A stretch of DNA of 56,947 nt, filler included, from Platydemus manokwari (Eukaryota), in the NCBI GenBank assembly GCA_037951405.1. It is 5 parts of 5 records of this genome, joined end to end, with 100 filler letters (N's around TTAATTAATTAA, not from the genome) between each part and the next. Parts side by side here need not be neighbours in the genome. Positions count along the whole stretch, not along the records: positions 12,541 to 21,608 come from JBBMOY011304650.1; positions 21,709 to 35,869 come from JBBMOY011516967.1; 3 more parts are not named here. One strand, written 5' to 3'. Each line of letters opens with the position of its first letter. Positions within the stretch are counted from its first letter, which is position 1. The position numbers and the translations under genes were made by a program. This document shows positions 12,541 to 26,660 of the stretch, piece by piece. The notes under the pieces are model-generated. The model had not been told where the DNA came from, ran no database searches, and was given only the letters and a program-made list of their open reading frames with translations.

Positions 12541-13212
12541 GGCATAACATTTGCTCAATTCTTTTATTGTTGGAATAGAAACTGGATATTCCATTATAAT
12601 ATCAAAAATCGATTTAAATCGTTTCTCAAAGAATATTTTCATTATATCTGATTCCGTCTTGTTTAAATGATGTTTGTTTTGAAATGTTTGTGGAAATAAA
12701 TTCGGAATTATCTTAATATCAATCATATGTTTTTCGGAAATTAATTTTTCCAAAGTTTCCCTCCGGTAACCCCTATTAAATTTTTTTATCTCCATATCAA
12801 TTCGTTTATTAATTACAATGGGTAAAATATCTATGAAAATATCCTCCATTAAGATAGGAGAATCTTTCATTAAATTATGTATATTATCTATAATATTAGA
12901 ATGTTTATCACATTGGCCTATTTGAAAACTAAATAAAATTCCACAATATTTCTCTAGTGCTCCACTTAACTTCTTTTTATTTTCCTCATTAAATATATTA
13001 TCAAAAAGCCTTTCTTTTATTATTTCGCAACTTTTTGAATTATTGATTTCGAAATTATTAAACATTTCAACGCAAAATTCTTTAACTGATTGTAAAAACT
13101 TAAATAAAATATCGAAATTGTTTCCTCCTTGATCACTGTTTAAAATATCATTAAATATCGATCTATGTGATGTTAAATGATAATAAACTTTGGTATATAG
13201 AAGTAAATCCAT
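12541..13212 (-). CDS. ANAPC2: Anaphase-promoting complex subunit 2-like, N-terminal part, truncated by the gap
   Basis: A 224-codon open frame ends in KRFKSIFDIIMEYPVSIPTIKELSKC, matching the APC2 motif R-x-x-x-L-F-x-I-I-x-[DE]-[YF]-P-x-S-x-P-A-I-x-D-L-x-x-C. A short GT-AG intron lies just upstream of the ATG (~13215-13257). Confidence 0.75.
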
Positions 13213-15777
13213 TTCTAAATGAAAATATAAATTAGAAAATTTAATTTATCAAATTACTTTTGATAATCAGAATTTGAAAAAATTCAAATTAATATATTTC
13301 TGAATTCGCAATATTTAAACAATAATTTCGAAATTAAATAAATTTTATTAAAGTAATAAACAAATTAAAAATTATTTATTAAATAAAGTTATTCTATAAT
13401 TTTGTAAATTAAAATTAATATTTTTAAAAATTATATTAATTTATAAAATTAATGTAAAATGAATTTTAACAAAACTGTAATGTAATTTATATATTTCTAT
13501 AAAATTTTATCAAGTCATTTATTATATTTCAATTGTATTTAAAAATTTTTTATTGCTTTATCTGTTTTTTTTGAAATAAATTATCATTATTTTATGTTTT
13601 AGTTATAATTAGAAATGTACTTGTTATTTAATTATAATTTTTATATATTGTTTTTACAGGCCTGTGAATAATAATTGTTATTTTGTCATTATAAAGATAA
13701 ATTGTTAATTTTGTACGAATATTAATAATGAATAATGAGTTAAGAATGATAAAAGTGTTTTTCCTTGAAATTATTGTTACATTTGTTTTAGATTTTCAGA
13801 ATCAAATGAAGCAGATTTATGGTACTTTTTTGGAGTATTTGCTATAAAAACTAATCCAAAAGTGAGCCACAAAAAGTAAGTTAATTAAGTATCTCGAAAA
13901 TCGTCTATTAAATTTACCATTTTTAAACAGTAGCTTTTCTTATCACACTTATTCAATTACAGCTTTCTCGAATTTAATAGAACTATTCAGCAACACGATT
14001 ATCCAATGTAATATAACTATATATTTGCCTTACTCAAAACACTAGTTGTTATTGGCGAGTTTATCTAAATTCTTTTATCTCTATTATTACAAGTGCAAGG
14101 TTCTCTTAATTACTTAAAATTACTTTTAACACTTTCACTCAAAACTTCTTTATCCAAACTTTCTCCTCGTGTGCGGCATCATTTACTACATTTGGAGCTT
14201 ATCGTTTTGGTTATTATAATACTTTCCAACTTTTGACAACTTAGTCTATCAGGCTGGTGAGTTCTGTTGATGACTCTTTGCGTAACAATTACTAATTCTT
14301 TTTATGCCTTTAAGCTACAGTATGATGATCAAAACTATTCTCAACCACCTTTAACAAACTTCCTATAGATTTAATATCAAATTATTTCTTTTTTTTAATT
14401 TTCTTAATTTCATATTTTTCAATTTATTATTTTATTGTAAACCTTATATCTTATTTTATTTTTTGTGCTTTCACTGGTATCGGGATAAAGCACTGGTTAT
14501 ACCTACTACTCATGAAAATTTAAACATTGATCATTTATTTTCCCTTTGTTATACATTAATATTATACATTAAAAATGTTTATTTCCAAAATTTTGATGTC
14601 CGCTAAATCAATTCATCAATCGATTGTTAATTATTAATTTTGAATTACGATCACACGCAAACCTTAACACCAGAGGGAAGTTGTATATATGAGTCTTAAT
14701 GTCTTTTTTTCTATTCTCCTTTCCGTGCTTTTTTATTTGAATTGTGATTCAATTCAATAGATCCCGTTATAATACGAATTCATTTGATTTATTGGATATT
14801 CATCGTTTGAGGCATCGATATCCTAAGGTGATCTCTTGAAGCACGGATTCATTTTGATTGTAGTATCTAGGTCTTTTTATTGCTATATATTTTACTTGCT
14901 AATTCTTGTGATGGCATTGTCCATTTCTGGAGTTTTGTCCCGGTTTGAACATTGGTTCATTATAATTTAGCGCAGATTTATCTGTTGTTCTTACGATTCG
15001 ATGACTAAAATTCTCTTTCGAATACTGTATATATAAAATTTAAAATTATAAATTGAAATAATTTTCTTCAGTTAGGATTTAAATTTCATTACATGATTTT
15101 TCTGTAAATATTGTATTAAAATGTTAAGGCATTAGAGAAACAAACATTTCTCTTAAAAATTCTCAAACATACTGCCTAATTTTAATAAAATTCTTTATTG
15201 TTCTATGAGTAAACATTCAAGCAAATTTCCAAAGCGGCAATTTTATTAATTTTCAATATGAATCGTCGCTCTTCTATTTGGGAATTCTCAAACATCTCTC
15301 GTATGGATAGTTTTTGGTTATTTGCTTGTCCAATAAGCCACGCGTATTACCAGAAATCTTTTCGTTGTTTTGTAAATTGTTGAATTATGTTCTTTTTAGT
15401 TAAACATTAACTTGCTATGGGATTTGATATTAATATCGCAATAACAGTAACGATAACATTTGATATTTCGCTTCTATTTAGTAACCTCGGTTTCAATCTT
15501 CCTGCAACAAGAATCGAAGCCTGTTGAAACAATCAAATGAGCTATCTTTATATATTTCAATTTGCTAGTCCGATATCATCGTGTCCATACGTGTTACTGA
15601 AGCTCCATAGGACGAGTGTAAGTCAACATCAGACACTTATATACAACTTATTTTTAATATTATCTAAATCCAAATTGATAATTTAAATAATTGTTTGTGT
15701 TTTGATTGTCAATGAAAGTATGGGATTTATATTGATGATTATAGATTTTTGCATATTTAATTTTTAAAAGTTCAAAG

Positions 15778-16158
15778 ATGTGTGACAAAGAGTTTAAAAA
15801 AGCATTCTGGAGTCATACTGAAATTCGTTATAATTTGAGAGTAATTAATTGTCAAATGACTGTTGCTATACTTAATTATTTAAAACTATGGTTGCCTCCA
15901 GATTTAACGTCCGAGACAATAGAAAAAGCTTTTGAAGAATGCTTTGGTCAATCATATATGTATAAAGAACTAAATTTTGAAGAATTTGAAGATTTTTTGA
16001 AAAGAAAAATTGCATTGATGGTTATTCGTAATCGAGGTGGTACAAGGGAAGATGCTATCAAATACGTCAGAGATAGATTTATTTCAGTTCCACCTATCAG
16101 GGATTTATATTCATTAATTGAACCGCACGATTTATACACGATTTTATATTATACTTGA
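15778..16158 (+). CDS. 126-aa protein, probable divergent p25alpha/TPPP-like domain
   Basis: Intact single ORF in AT-rich DNA. Segments LTSETIEKAFEEC, ELNFEEFEDFL and GTREDAIKYV are collinear with TPPP VTGTDVDIVFSKV, INYEEFKKAL and GKSKEEAFDAI. Confidence 0.5.
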   Translation: MCDKEFKKAFWSHTEIRYNLRVINCQMTVAILNYLKLWLPPDLTSETIEKAFEECFGQSYMYKELNFEEFEDFLKRKIALMVIRNRGGTREDAIKYVRDRFISVPPIRDLYSLIEPHDLYTILYYT

Positions 16159-16429
16159 ACAATTTTGAACTTACCTACAATGTTCCAAAAATAAGCCAAA
16201 CCTTCATGATAAGATTTAAAATCAACAACCTTCGTTAACTCATATCCACCTATTAACGATAAAAAATTATAAGAATTGAATAAAGTGACTGCATTTTTAA
16301 AATTGCTTTTTGTCTAGAAATTCAAATAATTAATTGTATTATGCTAGGATAAAGAAACTTAAATGAAACAAATTTCAATCCTCATTACAAATAATAAAGT
16401 ATAAATAAAAAAAATTTCTCCTCTCATAA

Positions 16430-19400
16430 AGTTATCAGCAATAGTGATATTTATCTATTTGCGACTGTTATTCTCAAGGTTCAATATTCGAAGAATGTTT
16501 GTGGTCTTTTTAAAAAACTTAGTTCTCCTCTTATTATCTTTTTGGAATTAAATAGTCGAATTTCCAGAGTCGTCGATATTATTTTCAAAACAAACTCCTT
16601 TGAGTATAATTCCTTAACCTACCTAAATTGCTCTAATAACATATCAGTTATTTATTCATTAATTGTTATGTTGGCACTTTATTGTGTCAGCTACTTTATA
16701 TCGTTATTTGTGTTTTAACTATGCGACTTAATTACTGATACGGATTAGATATTTGATGCGAGTAACTGAGCGTATTTCAAATTTAGCATTCAATGAAGCC
16801 TACGTAGGACAAATATTATCGTTAGCAATCTACAGTTAATATTTGATTATTTATCTAATTTATATTATCCAAAAAAGTTTAATTTTAAAATTCAGTTAGA
16901 ATAATTGATACGTTTTGATGACATTAAGAATTATAGGCTAATGTTGGGTTGCTGATGTTTAAATATGATTTTGTAGAACTAAACATAATGAGGTCATTTC
17001 TTATATGTGTATAACAGGAATTATTCAAGTACAATGAACAGAACTTCAGCAAATATATAAATATATAAAAATTTCATTATTCAACGGCGAGAAAACGAAT
17101 ATTTGGAACTGTTATAAGTGATTTGTTTTGAAAATTCATCAGCATATATACTAGCTGAAGTTCTGTACTTTGTACCTTGGATTAACCATCACTCTCGCAA
17201 AATTCTATCATTTTTTATGCTTTGGATTTTAATGATTTATACTTTAAAAAGTTCATTAACGATTTAACTTTTTAAATTTTATTTACATTACTAAATTTTT
17301 TAAGTTAAATTAGTGAACCTTACATTTTATATTAATTTTCAATTTTTTACCATATTTGAAAAAACTCATGTTCGCCCTTCCTTTGGGACTACACTTGGGG
17401 CCATTAACCCATATGCTCGTGATTTTGGAGAAACTCTTTAAAGCAAAGCATCTTACTTTTTAAACTATAAAAGATTTGTGGGAAGGTTGACCTGTCCCGA
17501 CTATATTTAACATTACATTATGGATATTTGATTATCTGTATTGTGTACCAGTTTTATCAATTTAGTTTAATATTTGTAATGAAAATTTAATATGATCAAC
17601 TTTTACTCCAATTTTGATTAATACTACCTAATAATTACTCATATTGGTAATTAATTATTTCTATTAGCAATCAGATAGTGTTCTGATTTAATAACAGGCT
17701 CTACCAACAGTGAGCACAAGCAAATAAATATATTACAAGATTCTTCGATCTTGAGCATTGTTGATTGTTGATAAACTCGTGAAAAATTAATAATACATCT
17801 TTATAGTTTAAAATTATATAATAGAATTACTACATAACATATGTTATTGTCTATTATGTTTATAATTCTCATATTATTAAAGTAAAACCTTGTAATATTC
17901 TACTGGATCAGTGCACCTAAATCCATATTTGTTTGTGATATGTTTTTAAATTAGCTCAACACTTTATAGTCACCTTAACAAACGTATCTCTAATCAATTA
18001 GTTGGCAATATACGCTTAATTGCGAAATAGCATAATTAACTTTTAGTTATCAAATTTTAAATGTTGAATTTCTTACTTAGTTTAAAGATTCTTACTTACA
18101 CTTTGAATTTGATTGAAATATCATTCTCAACAATTTCTGAAAAACATTTTCCTTGTTAGCATTGTAATTGATTATTATATTAAACTTTTAACATAATTAT
18201 AAGGCTTACATAATCTTAATTCTTAATTTGTTAATTCAACTTTTTTGAAATAATAATTTAACAAATTTATTTGTGTTTGTTTGACTGTATACTATTTTAA
18301 ACAGGTTTTTTGCAACACGCTAATCTCTAATAAGTTAAATCGGACAAAGTTTGTAAAATATTTTACTGCTTATATCAAAATTAACTTTGATTTAGATGTT
18401 TCCAAATATGAAGAACAACAGACCAACTTTCTTGTCATGCTTGTCATCTGTTCTTCGTTGGATATTTCATATAGGATATATGCCATTTCTACTCTATTTA
18501 GGATTTTACTACGGAGGTTCAAGTGAAAATTTAATTGAAAATTAATTATCGTTAGCGATTTTTTGTAATAAACAGTTAAATGAGTTTTTATTAAATGTAG
18601 ATTTTTATCTAGCTAGTCACGTGATAGTACCACATATATCTGTGTTAATCTTAGAGGATCATATAATATAAAGTTGCGATAGTTGACATCTATTTTGTTT
18701 AAATGTTATTTAATAGTTTATGTCATCTTTGTAATTACATAATGTTTAAGATAATTTGGGAATCCAATCATACTTATTTCTTAACCACCATGTTTTATTA
18801 AGAAATATTAGTTATTGGACGCAATATAGATTATTGTCAAAGTAACTGTTGAGTTCCTTGCGATAGTTTGTCCTGCATTATTTACAACGCCAATTTTAAG
18901 TACTAATTAACAAAATTCGTGAAACTAAATAGAAATTCTATGAAATCATTATTTGATTTTTGGTTATAATTCAACTCTAAATGAAAAGTAAGTGAAATCA
19001 AGGTACGATTTATCTTGTTATAAATGTAGTTAGGAATCTTCCTTCAATAAACAATATAATTATTGATCATCCTGCTGCTTAATAAGTAATGTTTCAATCA
19101 GAAATTAATCATTTCTCAACTGAAGATATGTAATATTACGGTGATTTACCTAAATATTTATATAGTTATGTACTATAAGCTGCGTTGATTGGATGAAATT
19201 CTTTGCTCCTTTTATAGAAACAAATCTATAATTACAAGAATTTATGTTGAATAATAAACATCGTTACTCTTAATGGATTTGCCTGTTATTTTATATTGTA
19301 CCATTGAAAATCTTGTTGCGCCTCATTTAACAAAAATGATAAACCCATAGTAGAAATATTTGCTGTAACATTTAAAATCTATCACATACAAAATTAGGTT

Positions 19401-19650
19401 AATCGCTCATTATCAATTACATTTGTTGGAGTTTCATAAGAATAGTTGTAAATAATTATTAAAATAAAGTAAAATAAACCTGGTACTGTGTAAAAACGAT
19501 AACAGAGTCATCTAAATGTCCAGAAATTTAAGTGGAAGTTGCATTTTTCAACTGTTTTCGCAACTTACATCCAAATTTTTTCCAGAATGTTTATTTTTAG
19601 CCGTTTCTTTGACTGGATTGTTTCCACTTTAACAACTTAAATCAGTATGA
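16430..19650 (-). pseudogene. Heavily decayed leucine-rich-repeat gene remnant(s)
   Basis: Scattered LxxLxLxxN-like pieces in different frames (NITYLQLRN, HLELNYNQ, LTIIYIASNN, YNNQLQ, ILRILNLENN) and an LRRCT-like FRCTDPVEY near 17915. Confidence 0.3.
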
Positions 19651-21608
19651 GATTCTCGGGTAAATACAACAAATCGTCTTATACCTTAAATTTAATTTTA
19701 GTCTCAGTGTCGTTTTTGCCTCAACGCTGCATAATAATGGGAAGATTATTGACTTAACATCTCTCTCAAAGTGAATGTTAGTGTTGATTTGTTATCAAGG
19801 CAAACTAATTTATTTACAAATATTTTATCAACTATTAATACTTAATAAATGAATGACAAAATTACGACAAATGAAATGACACTATTTTAGTGGCAATGAT
19901 TAAATGAAGCCCAAATACACTGAAAAAATAAATTGGAATGAAATACCAACGATACGCACAGTACAATAACAAATAGGAACAATATCGATATTTCAGCTAA
20001 CAACTTCGAAGTTTTTTACGATTCATTAAATCCTTTCATCTCTTATATGAGCCGAAGCTGTGATTAAAGCTTCAATGTACTATGCATTATGGAAACTTTA
20101 GATAGATTTCTATAACAAGTGTATATTACTTAGGTTTTTCAATTGACTTCTTGAGTAGATGTACAAGAACGGAATTCTTTTTAAATAATAAAACTTTCAG
20201 CTATCACAGGACATATAATTTTGTCCACGAAAGACTTGTTCAACACTTGTTTTCATAGTGGTTGATAGTAAAGCATTTTTATTTCAGCTAGTGGTTTCGA
20301 TTTATATTGTGTATTGATTTTGCTTTTATACTTTTGGGTACAACCCCGTAATGAATAATAATTATTAATACATATTTTTTTCAAAAATATAACTCATCCC
20401 GAATTGAAAAGACTAAGTTACCCAAAAATAGAACCATATTAATAAAAATTTAAATACAAAATAAAAGAAATACAAATATAATTTAAATATACCAGTTAGT
20501 AAAAATAACAACCAGAAAAATAAATGTATAAAAATAGTATTAATAAATCCGATTAATAGAATGGAAAATAAAATAAAGAATTTGTGACCAGTATTTAAGG
20601 AATAAGAACAAAATACAAACGATCTAATTCATTTTTACAAATTCGACAAACTATTGTGACACTTAAATCTATGAAGAAAAATTGCAACAAATTTTATTAA
20701 TTAATGCCGACAAACTATTTTGAAGAATACCTTCGATCAAAGAATCATTGTATATTATTATCTGAGTGCGAATTGTTAATATTATTTTAAACCCATTGAT
20801 CAAGTAACTTTTAATTATTTTAAAATCACCTTTTATCTTTATTCCAATATAAAAATCCTATTCTGAATCTCATTCATATAGAACCTAAATTAAAAATCTA
20901 AAATATTGGAATAAAACAACTCTATAGTAGTGGTTGCGGTACCATTATATCTAACCACCGATAAAATCAGATGAAGGCTCTTACAATAGCTGAATAATTG
21001 AAAACCTAAAAGTATTACACATCTGATTATTTGCTAAAACTCTAGTTTATTTTATTTTAATAATATTATTTTATCATACGATTTTATTGTATTTTTATTT
21101 GAACGTTATTAAACCATTTTATTTGAGATTATACTTTAAACTTCTTCGAATTTATTTTCTTTTTTACATCTAAATAAAATATTATAATAAACAACCTGAC
21201 AGTTATTCAATTATAAAGAATAATTTACAACTAATTCCTAAGTCATTTAACCATAAAATATTAAACACAAAATATAAATCATTTATATTTATATAAATAT
21301 AATATAATAATAAGATATAATAAAGAGATTATCATGCAATGTAGCTTATTGGTGAAGTCCTTCATTATTGCTAAATTCACATTAGTCTATTCACAATCTA
21401 TATAAAAATGCGATTGTAGTTCCTAATCATAAATTTATAATATTTAGTAACATGAATTATTGATTTGCTAAAATAAAATGTTTTGTTATCTTAAAAATAA
21501 AATAGAACACTAGAATTAACTAAATCAAACCAAAGATTGAAGTATATTAGGAAACAATTACATTTGTTTAGATTCAGTATCTGTTAAAAATTCTAATCAA
21601 AGATCTGA

Positions 21609-21708
21609 NNNNNNNNNNNNNNNNNNNNNNNNNNNNNNNNNNNNNNNNNNNNTTAATTAATTAANNNNNNNNNNNNNNNNNNNNNNNNNNNNNNNNNNNN
21701 NNNNNNNN
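21609..21708. other. Assembly spacer
   Basis: N44-TTAATTAATTAA-N44. Confidence 0.98.
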
Positions 21709-24229
21709 AACAATTCTCTTATTCATGTAAATAATTATCTTAAATTGTGCAAAATTTATTTTAAAACTCAAAAAACCCTATAATTGTGAGAATTATTCAG
21801 TATAGTTTCCTGAACAAAATAAAGAGATTATAATGATTATTATGGAATATCAATTAAGGATCCATTAATTTAAATAGAACTTAAATAATTAATGATAAGC
21901 TATGGTTGCTTATGCTATGAAAATGAAGCAAACATGATTACTGATTATACAGCATTTATTTATCAAAAATAAAATAATCAGAGATGATTTCAATTTCATT
22001 ATATTGTATATATTAAGTGAAATATACAGATTCAAAATATTCATTTTCATTAACTAATAATGGAATATAAATACAAATATTTAGTAATGGGTTTATAAAT
22101 GATGATTTTAATAACTGTATTAACAATTAATGTGAACGAATTGCACCGTAACGGTTTATACAAACGTAGTGGGGTTTTTGAATTCTCCTACCGCAATATC
22201 ATTCAACTCGCCCAGAAAATGTCTGCCTCGAATATGGCACCACTAGCAAACCGGGACGTTAAATCAACGTCAACAATAAATTCCACAACAATAATAAACA
22301 CATGCATTGCATTAAATAAAAATTCGTAGAAAATATCTGCAAATGACTCACCACCGTCAATTTAAGACAGTGACCACAATCATTACATACACAATAATCA
22401 CATAAGAAAAACCATTTTGCAACATACAATTTAGAAGAAAATTCTCTATCTGGAATTAGAATTAGGATATACCCAGTATTCTACTGGAAGAACCAACAGT
22501 AAGATACTACATTTTAAAATCACGGATTAGAATATCGCATATTCTTTCTATTTATAGAGCAAAAGCTCAAAACTATCTTCAAAAGATATTTCCCCATTAT
22601 CACGAAGGGGTTTGTTGGTTAACGACCTGCTACCCTCAATGGTTAGTACATAATTACACCGTTTAAGTGGATATTAGTAGAATAAAATCATTTAATTGTA
22701 TGAAAGTATTGAATTATCATTCTTTAATTGCAATAAATATTTTAGTGTTCAAGCGAGTTTTGTTATTCATTTGGCAGTTGGCCTTTAAGATTCACAAATT
22801 TATTAATAAAAATCATCATTATCATTCATAACCTTTTGAAGTTGTTATGGTGCATTAAAAAAATCAATAGAGACTGATGGAAACATAAATAACATCATTG
22901 AGAAAGTAAAAGAGGTATTCGTAGGATTAAAGTTGGCAAAATCATTATCTACACTGTTCCGGTTATCTCCATATAAGTCATAAACGTCGAAGTAAAGAAA
23001 AAACAATTAATTGAGGTCTAATTACTGCCTGAGAGTTAAACATACTCGAAAGAATGATCAAAACATAAATAGTGATCATCTAAATAATCGATAATAATAA
23101 AATCAATAAACCAATGACTCCAAAACGTATCAATTGATACTCTGAATGAGGAAAAACTTGGCTTATAATTTAATATAGTTTAATGACCGGAATGAAGTTA
23201 GAACTTGGTTAAATAATTAATGAGTCAACAGTTCAGATAATTTGAGTACGGATCAAGTTAATACAAAGTTGTAAAATATTAAACATTCAAATTATAAATA
23301 AAATTGTTGTTAATTCTGATGATTATTAATTCTAAGTCTCTAGTTAAAAATGTTAAAAATAATTCAATAATAACAAATCTGTAGGAAAAATTTATTAAAA
23401 TAACAGTCAGTTATTGATAAAAATCCTGGACATTGGTCAGATCGAAATTGACCTGAAATAATAAAAAATAAGTAATAATACAAGAACCTTGAAAAATACC
23501 TTAATTTCTGAAAACCTTCTGGAAAAATGAATAGAATTAGAATCATAAAACAATCGAAATTGAAAGCTAGTTAGAATCTTAAGAACTTAAAATCGAAATA
23601 ACTTGAAGATTAATTAAGGAATTAAGAATTTTAAATTAAGAATTGATAATTGGAATTGTAATTGAAAGTTAAGAACTGAAAATTTTAAATTGAAGAATTA
23701 AAAAGAACATTACGTCTCTAAAATAATCAATAATCCAATATGAATTTAAGAACATCATGGATAAATAAACTGAGTGAGTCAAATTTCAAAATTAACTATG
23801 GATAGAAAAAGTTTTATTAATATAACAAAGATGGTACCAACGTCAAACATGAATTAAGAATATAATATATATGTACATGTTTGGAAACTATAGACAGGCT
23901 AATGGTCTACTTCGACGGTGAGGAGAGCGAAGACTAGAAGACTTCTATCATCATCAGCTCATATGACGCATAGAAGAGCAAGATAGTCGAGACGAAACCA
24001 TTGCAGACAACAGCCTAGGTAAAAACATCACAACCCCAAACATCTCAAAATATCTCAATTACAACCCAGATAGCACTCCCAATGGAATTCAAAAGGCCAA
24101 TGACACCAGTAAAAAGTAATCAACAATAGAAAACATTTCAAAAGAAGAACTAAAGCGAAGATTCAGATTACTTTAATCTGACTACTAATCAACATTCATC
24201 CATTAGATCCAGATCCGAATATATAAATC

Positions 24230-24590
24230 CTAATATTCAGACATTTATGAACATTTAATATTGATATTTGATTTTAATTTTTTGTGAATACTTGATATTC
24301 CTGGCATTCGTCTTGACTCTTTCGATTTATTGATTAATGTCTCATTTGCAACTTGTGAAAAATTGATTAATTTTTGTGAATTGAATAATTTTTGTAAATT
24401 GTATACAAAAAATATATATTATTATTTATAAAAAGTTAGCTAATTTAATTTTTACAATTTTGATAAAATAGAATAAGTAGGAATAAAAAAAATTCAATAA
24501 ATAATTTTAAAGGTGTCAAATTATATAATATAAATTTTAAGGTTAATAAATTATAATAATTTTTTAAGTTTAAGAACTTTGTTGGGAACA
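24230..24590 (+). repeat. Diverged AT-rich interspersed repeat, related copy at ~31080-31420
   Basis: Both stretches contain TGAATACTTGA, AAAAATATATATTATTAT, TGTCAA and AAGAACTTT in the same order. Confidence 0.35.
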
Positions 24591-25538
24591 TACATTAAAA
24601 TACATCAATTAAATATTGAAATACACTTAAAATTATACAGCCCACACATTACTAATTTTCCTAAATGCAGAATTAATTCTCCTAAATTCAGATTTCATAA
24701 ATCACATAACCATTGTGAATAATTGCGTTACCAGGGCAACGCCTTTGAAGGTATTAAATCACCATGGTGAATATTAAAAATTATAAGAATTGCCATTACA
24801 ACGGCAAGAAATTTTCAAAATGTGGTAAAAACTCCCATACGCAAGGGAAAAATTGATATATAAACAAAGGCGAGTAATGGGATAGGCTCACAAAAAATTT
24901 TAAAAAATTAGATTAAAGTTTGCCTCAATTGGAGAAATTCACAAGCTAATAGAAACTATCAATGATAGTCAGTTAACTCAGAAATTGGAAATTGCTTTCA
25001 ATCGTCTATTATTGCTATCAATTCATCTCATAATTTGAAAATTTCTAGCGCGTATCAACTGTGATTAGATTTGGAAGTCAGAAGTCGTCATTGATATCGC
25101 TCAGAAGGACTCTTCTTGAATCTCGCAGAAGGAATATCATCGAAATCTTACCAACATATGATGCAATCGGTAATTTTAATTATTGTTCATCAACACTAAA
25201 GTATAAAATTGAAAGAATTTGTACTTCAGTGCCGTCACTCTGCAAAGCCGCAAGTGTTTGCAATATTTAAAATTAAATCTTCTTTAGTTTTTCGCCTGAA
25301 GTAAGGCGGCATTTAGTGCCTCAGCTTGAGTTGTTTCAAAACTCTTCAGGGCATAACACTTCCTTCTTTCAATTATATTGCATCACACATTAGTTAGTCT
25401 TTATTATATAACGTATTATATATAACTTTATTATATAAACGTTATATTATTTTGACTTATAGCTTTATTGCTTTATTGTTATTATACACTATGTCCGTAT
25501 TATACACGCAACCTAATTACTGATTAAAGTCAGATTAT

Positions 25539-26660
25539 TGGTGGAATCATCATTATTCTGATTATAATCAACATTTAAAGTATACGCAGGTAATTCACCG
25601 AGTTTATACTGAATTACCCCGCATAGTCAATCACCAAATGCTACTTAGCACCAGGCTAGTAGGATTCCATTGAATTTGGTGAGCCCGATGTGATTCAAAT
25701 AATTCAGGTTATAACATAGAGCCTGCTGAAGCTATCATTAAATAGATATTACAAGGATTTCTAAGCTTTACATGTTAATTAACTGCCTGAGGGCAACAAT
25801 ATAATTATTATTCTGTCTACTGCTCGCTCATCACCAAGTGACAATAAGGATACAGATTTCGAACAAAATCTCACTCAAGATAATTCATATCTATATACTA
25901 GATATAACCTGAATCCGAGAAAAAGCGATCATTCAGAATGAGAGACACCGATATGCCATCAGATAATGTGGATATAACTCAAGACAATCTTCAAAAAACA
26001 GGTGGAGGATAACACTTCAAGGATAGTCCGATTGTCTTCATCCCAAACAAACCATACAAGGGAGAGCCAGGGCTCTTTCATAAATTCATGGCTGATTACT
26101 TTCAGTTATCCGACGTATACAGAATCAGCCAAAGTAATATGATCAAAAGATTATCAATATACTTATCAGGTATTGCTCGCGAAAAATATAACGCCGTCAC
26201 AGCCACGCTAAAAGCCACCTGGACCGACTTCAGGCAGGCACTGGCAAAACAAATCCTACCAGCGGACACAGGGTACCTGTTCCGACAACGGCTCAATAAG
26301 CGTAAACAAAATATAGCATGTCGGCGAATTTGCGCATCAATTACTTCTCCTAGCTGAACGGGCACTTGGTGACTGATCACGATGGCCCCTAGATACCCAA
26401 TTAAATGTGAAGGATAACAAATGGGAAAGGTTCCTTCCCCATATAAGAGATGTACGCACCTCACAAATAGGCGATGACGAACATAAATGGGGAGAAAATA
26501 ATATGTCAAAGATGTGGATTAGACAATCACAAAACAAGTGAATGCACCAGCACTGGACTAATGTGTGATAATTGCGGTAGAAACGGGCATGTCCAATCAA
26601 TATGTAGGACTAAGAATAACCCATCCAAACGGGACGAGGTTAACCAACAAGGATAAATTA
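25539..26660 (+). mobile_element. Ty3/Gypsy gag remnant with two CCHC zinc knuckles
   Basis: Capsid-like YLSGIAREKY...TWTDFRQAL...LNKRKQ (26088-26310), knuckles CQRCGLDNHKTSEC and CDNCGRNGHVQSIC (CX2CX4HX4C), and a PBS-like TGGTGG at 25539 following ATTAAA. Confidence 0.88.

Noticed and set aside
13790-14300. Spliced-looking remnant (DLWYFFGVFA...AFSNLIELF) reminiscent of an ionotropic receptor pore
   Set aside because: Splice sites are plausible, but the frame closes quickly and motif spacing does not fit; not supportable.
20400-20600. Very hydrophobic minus-strand frame suggesting a NUMT or membrane protein
   Set aside because: Explained by T-rich composition; no mitochondrial gene motif was recognised.
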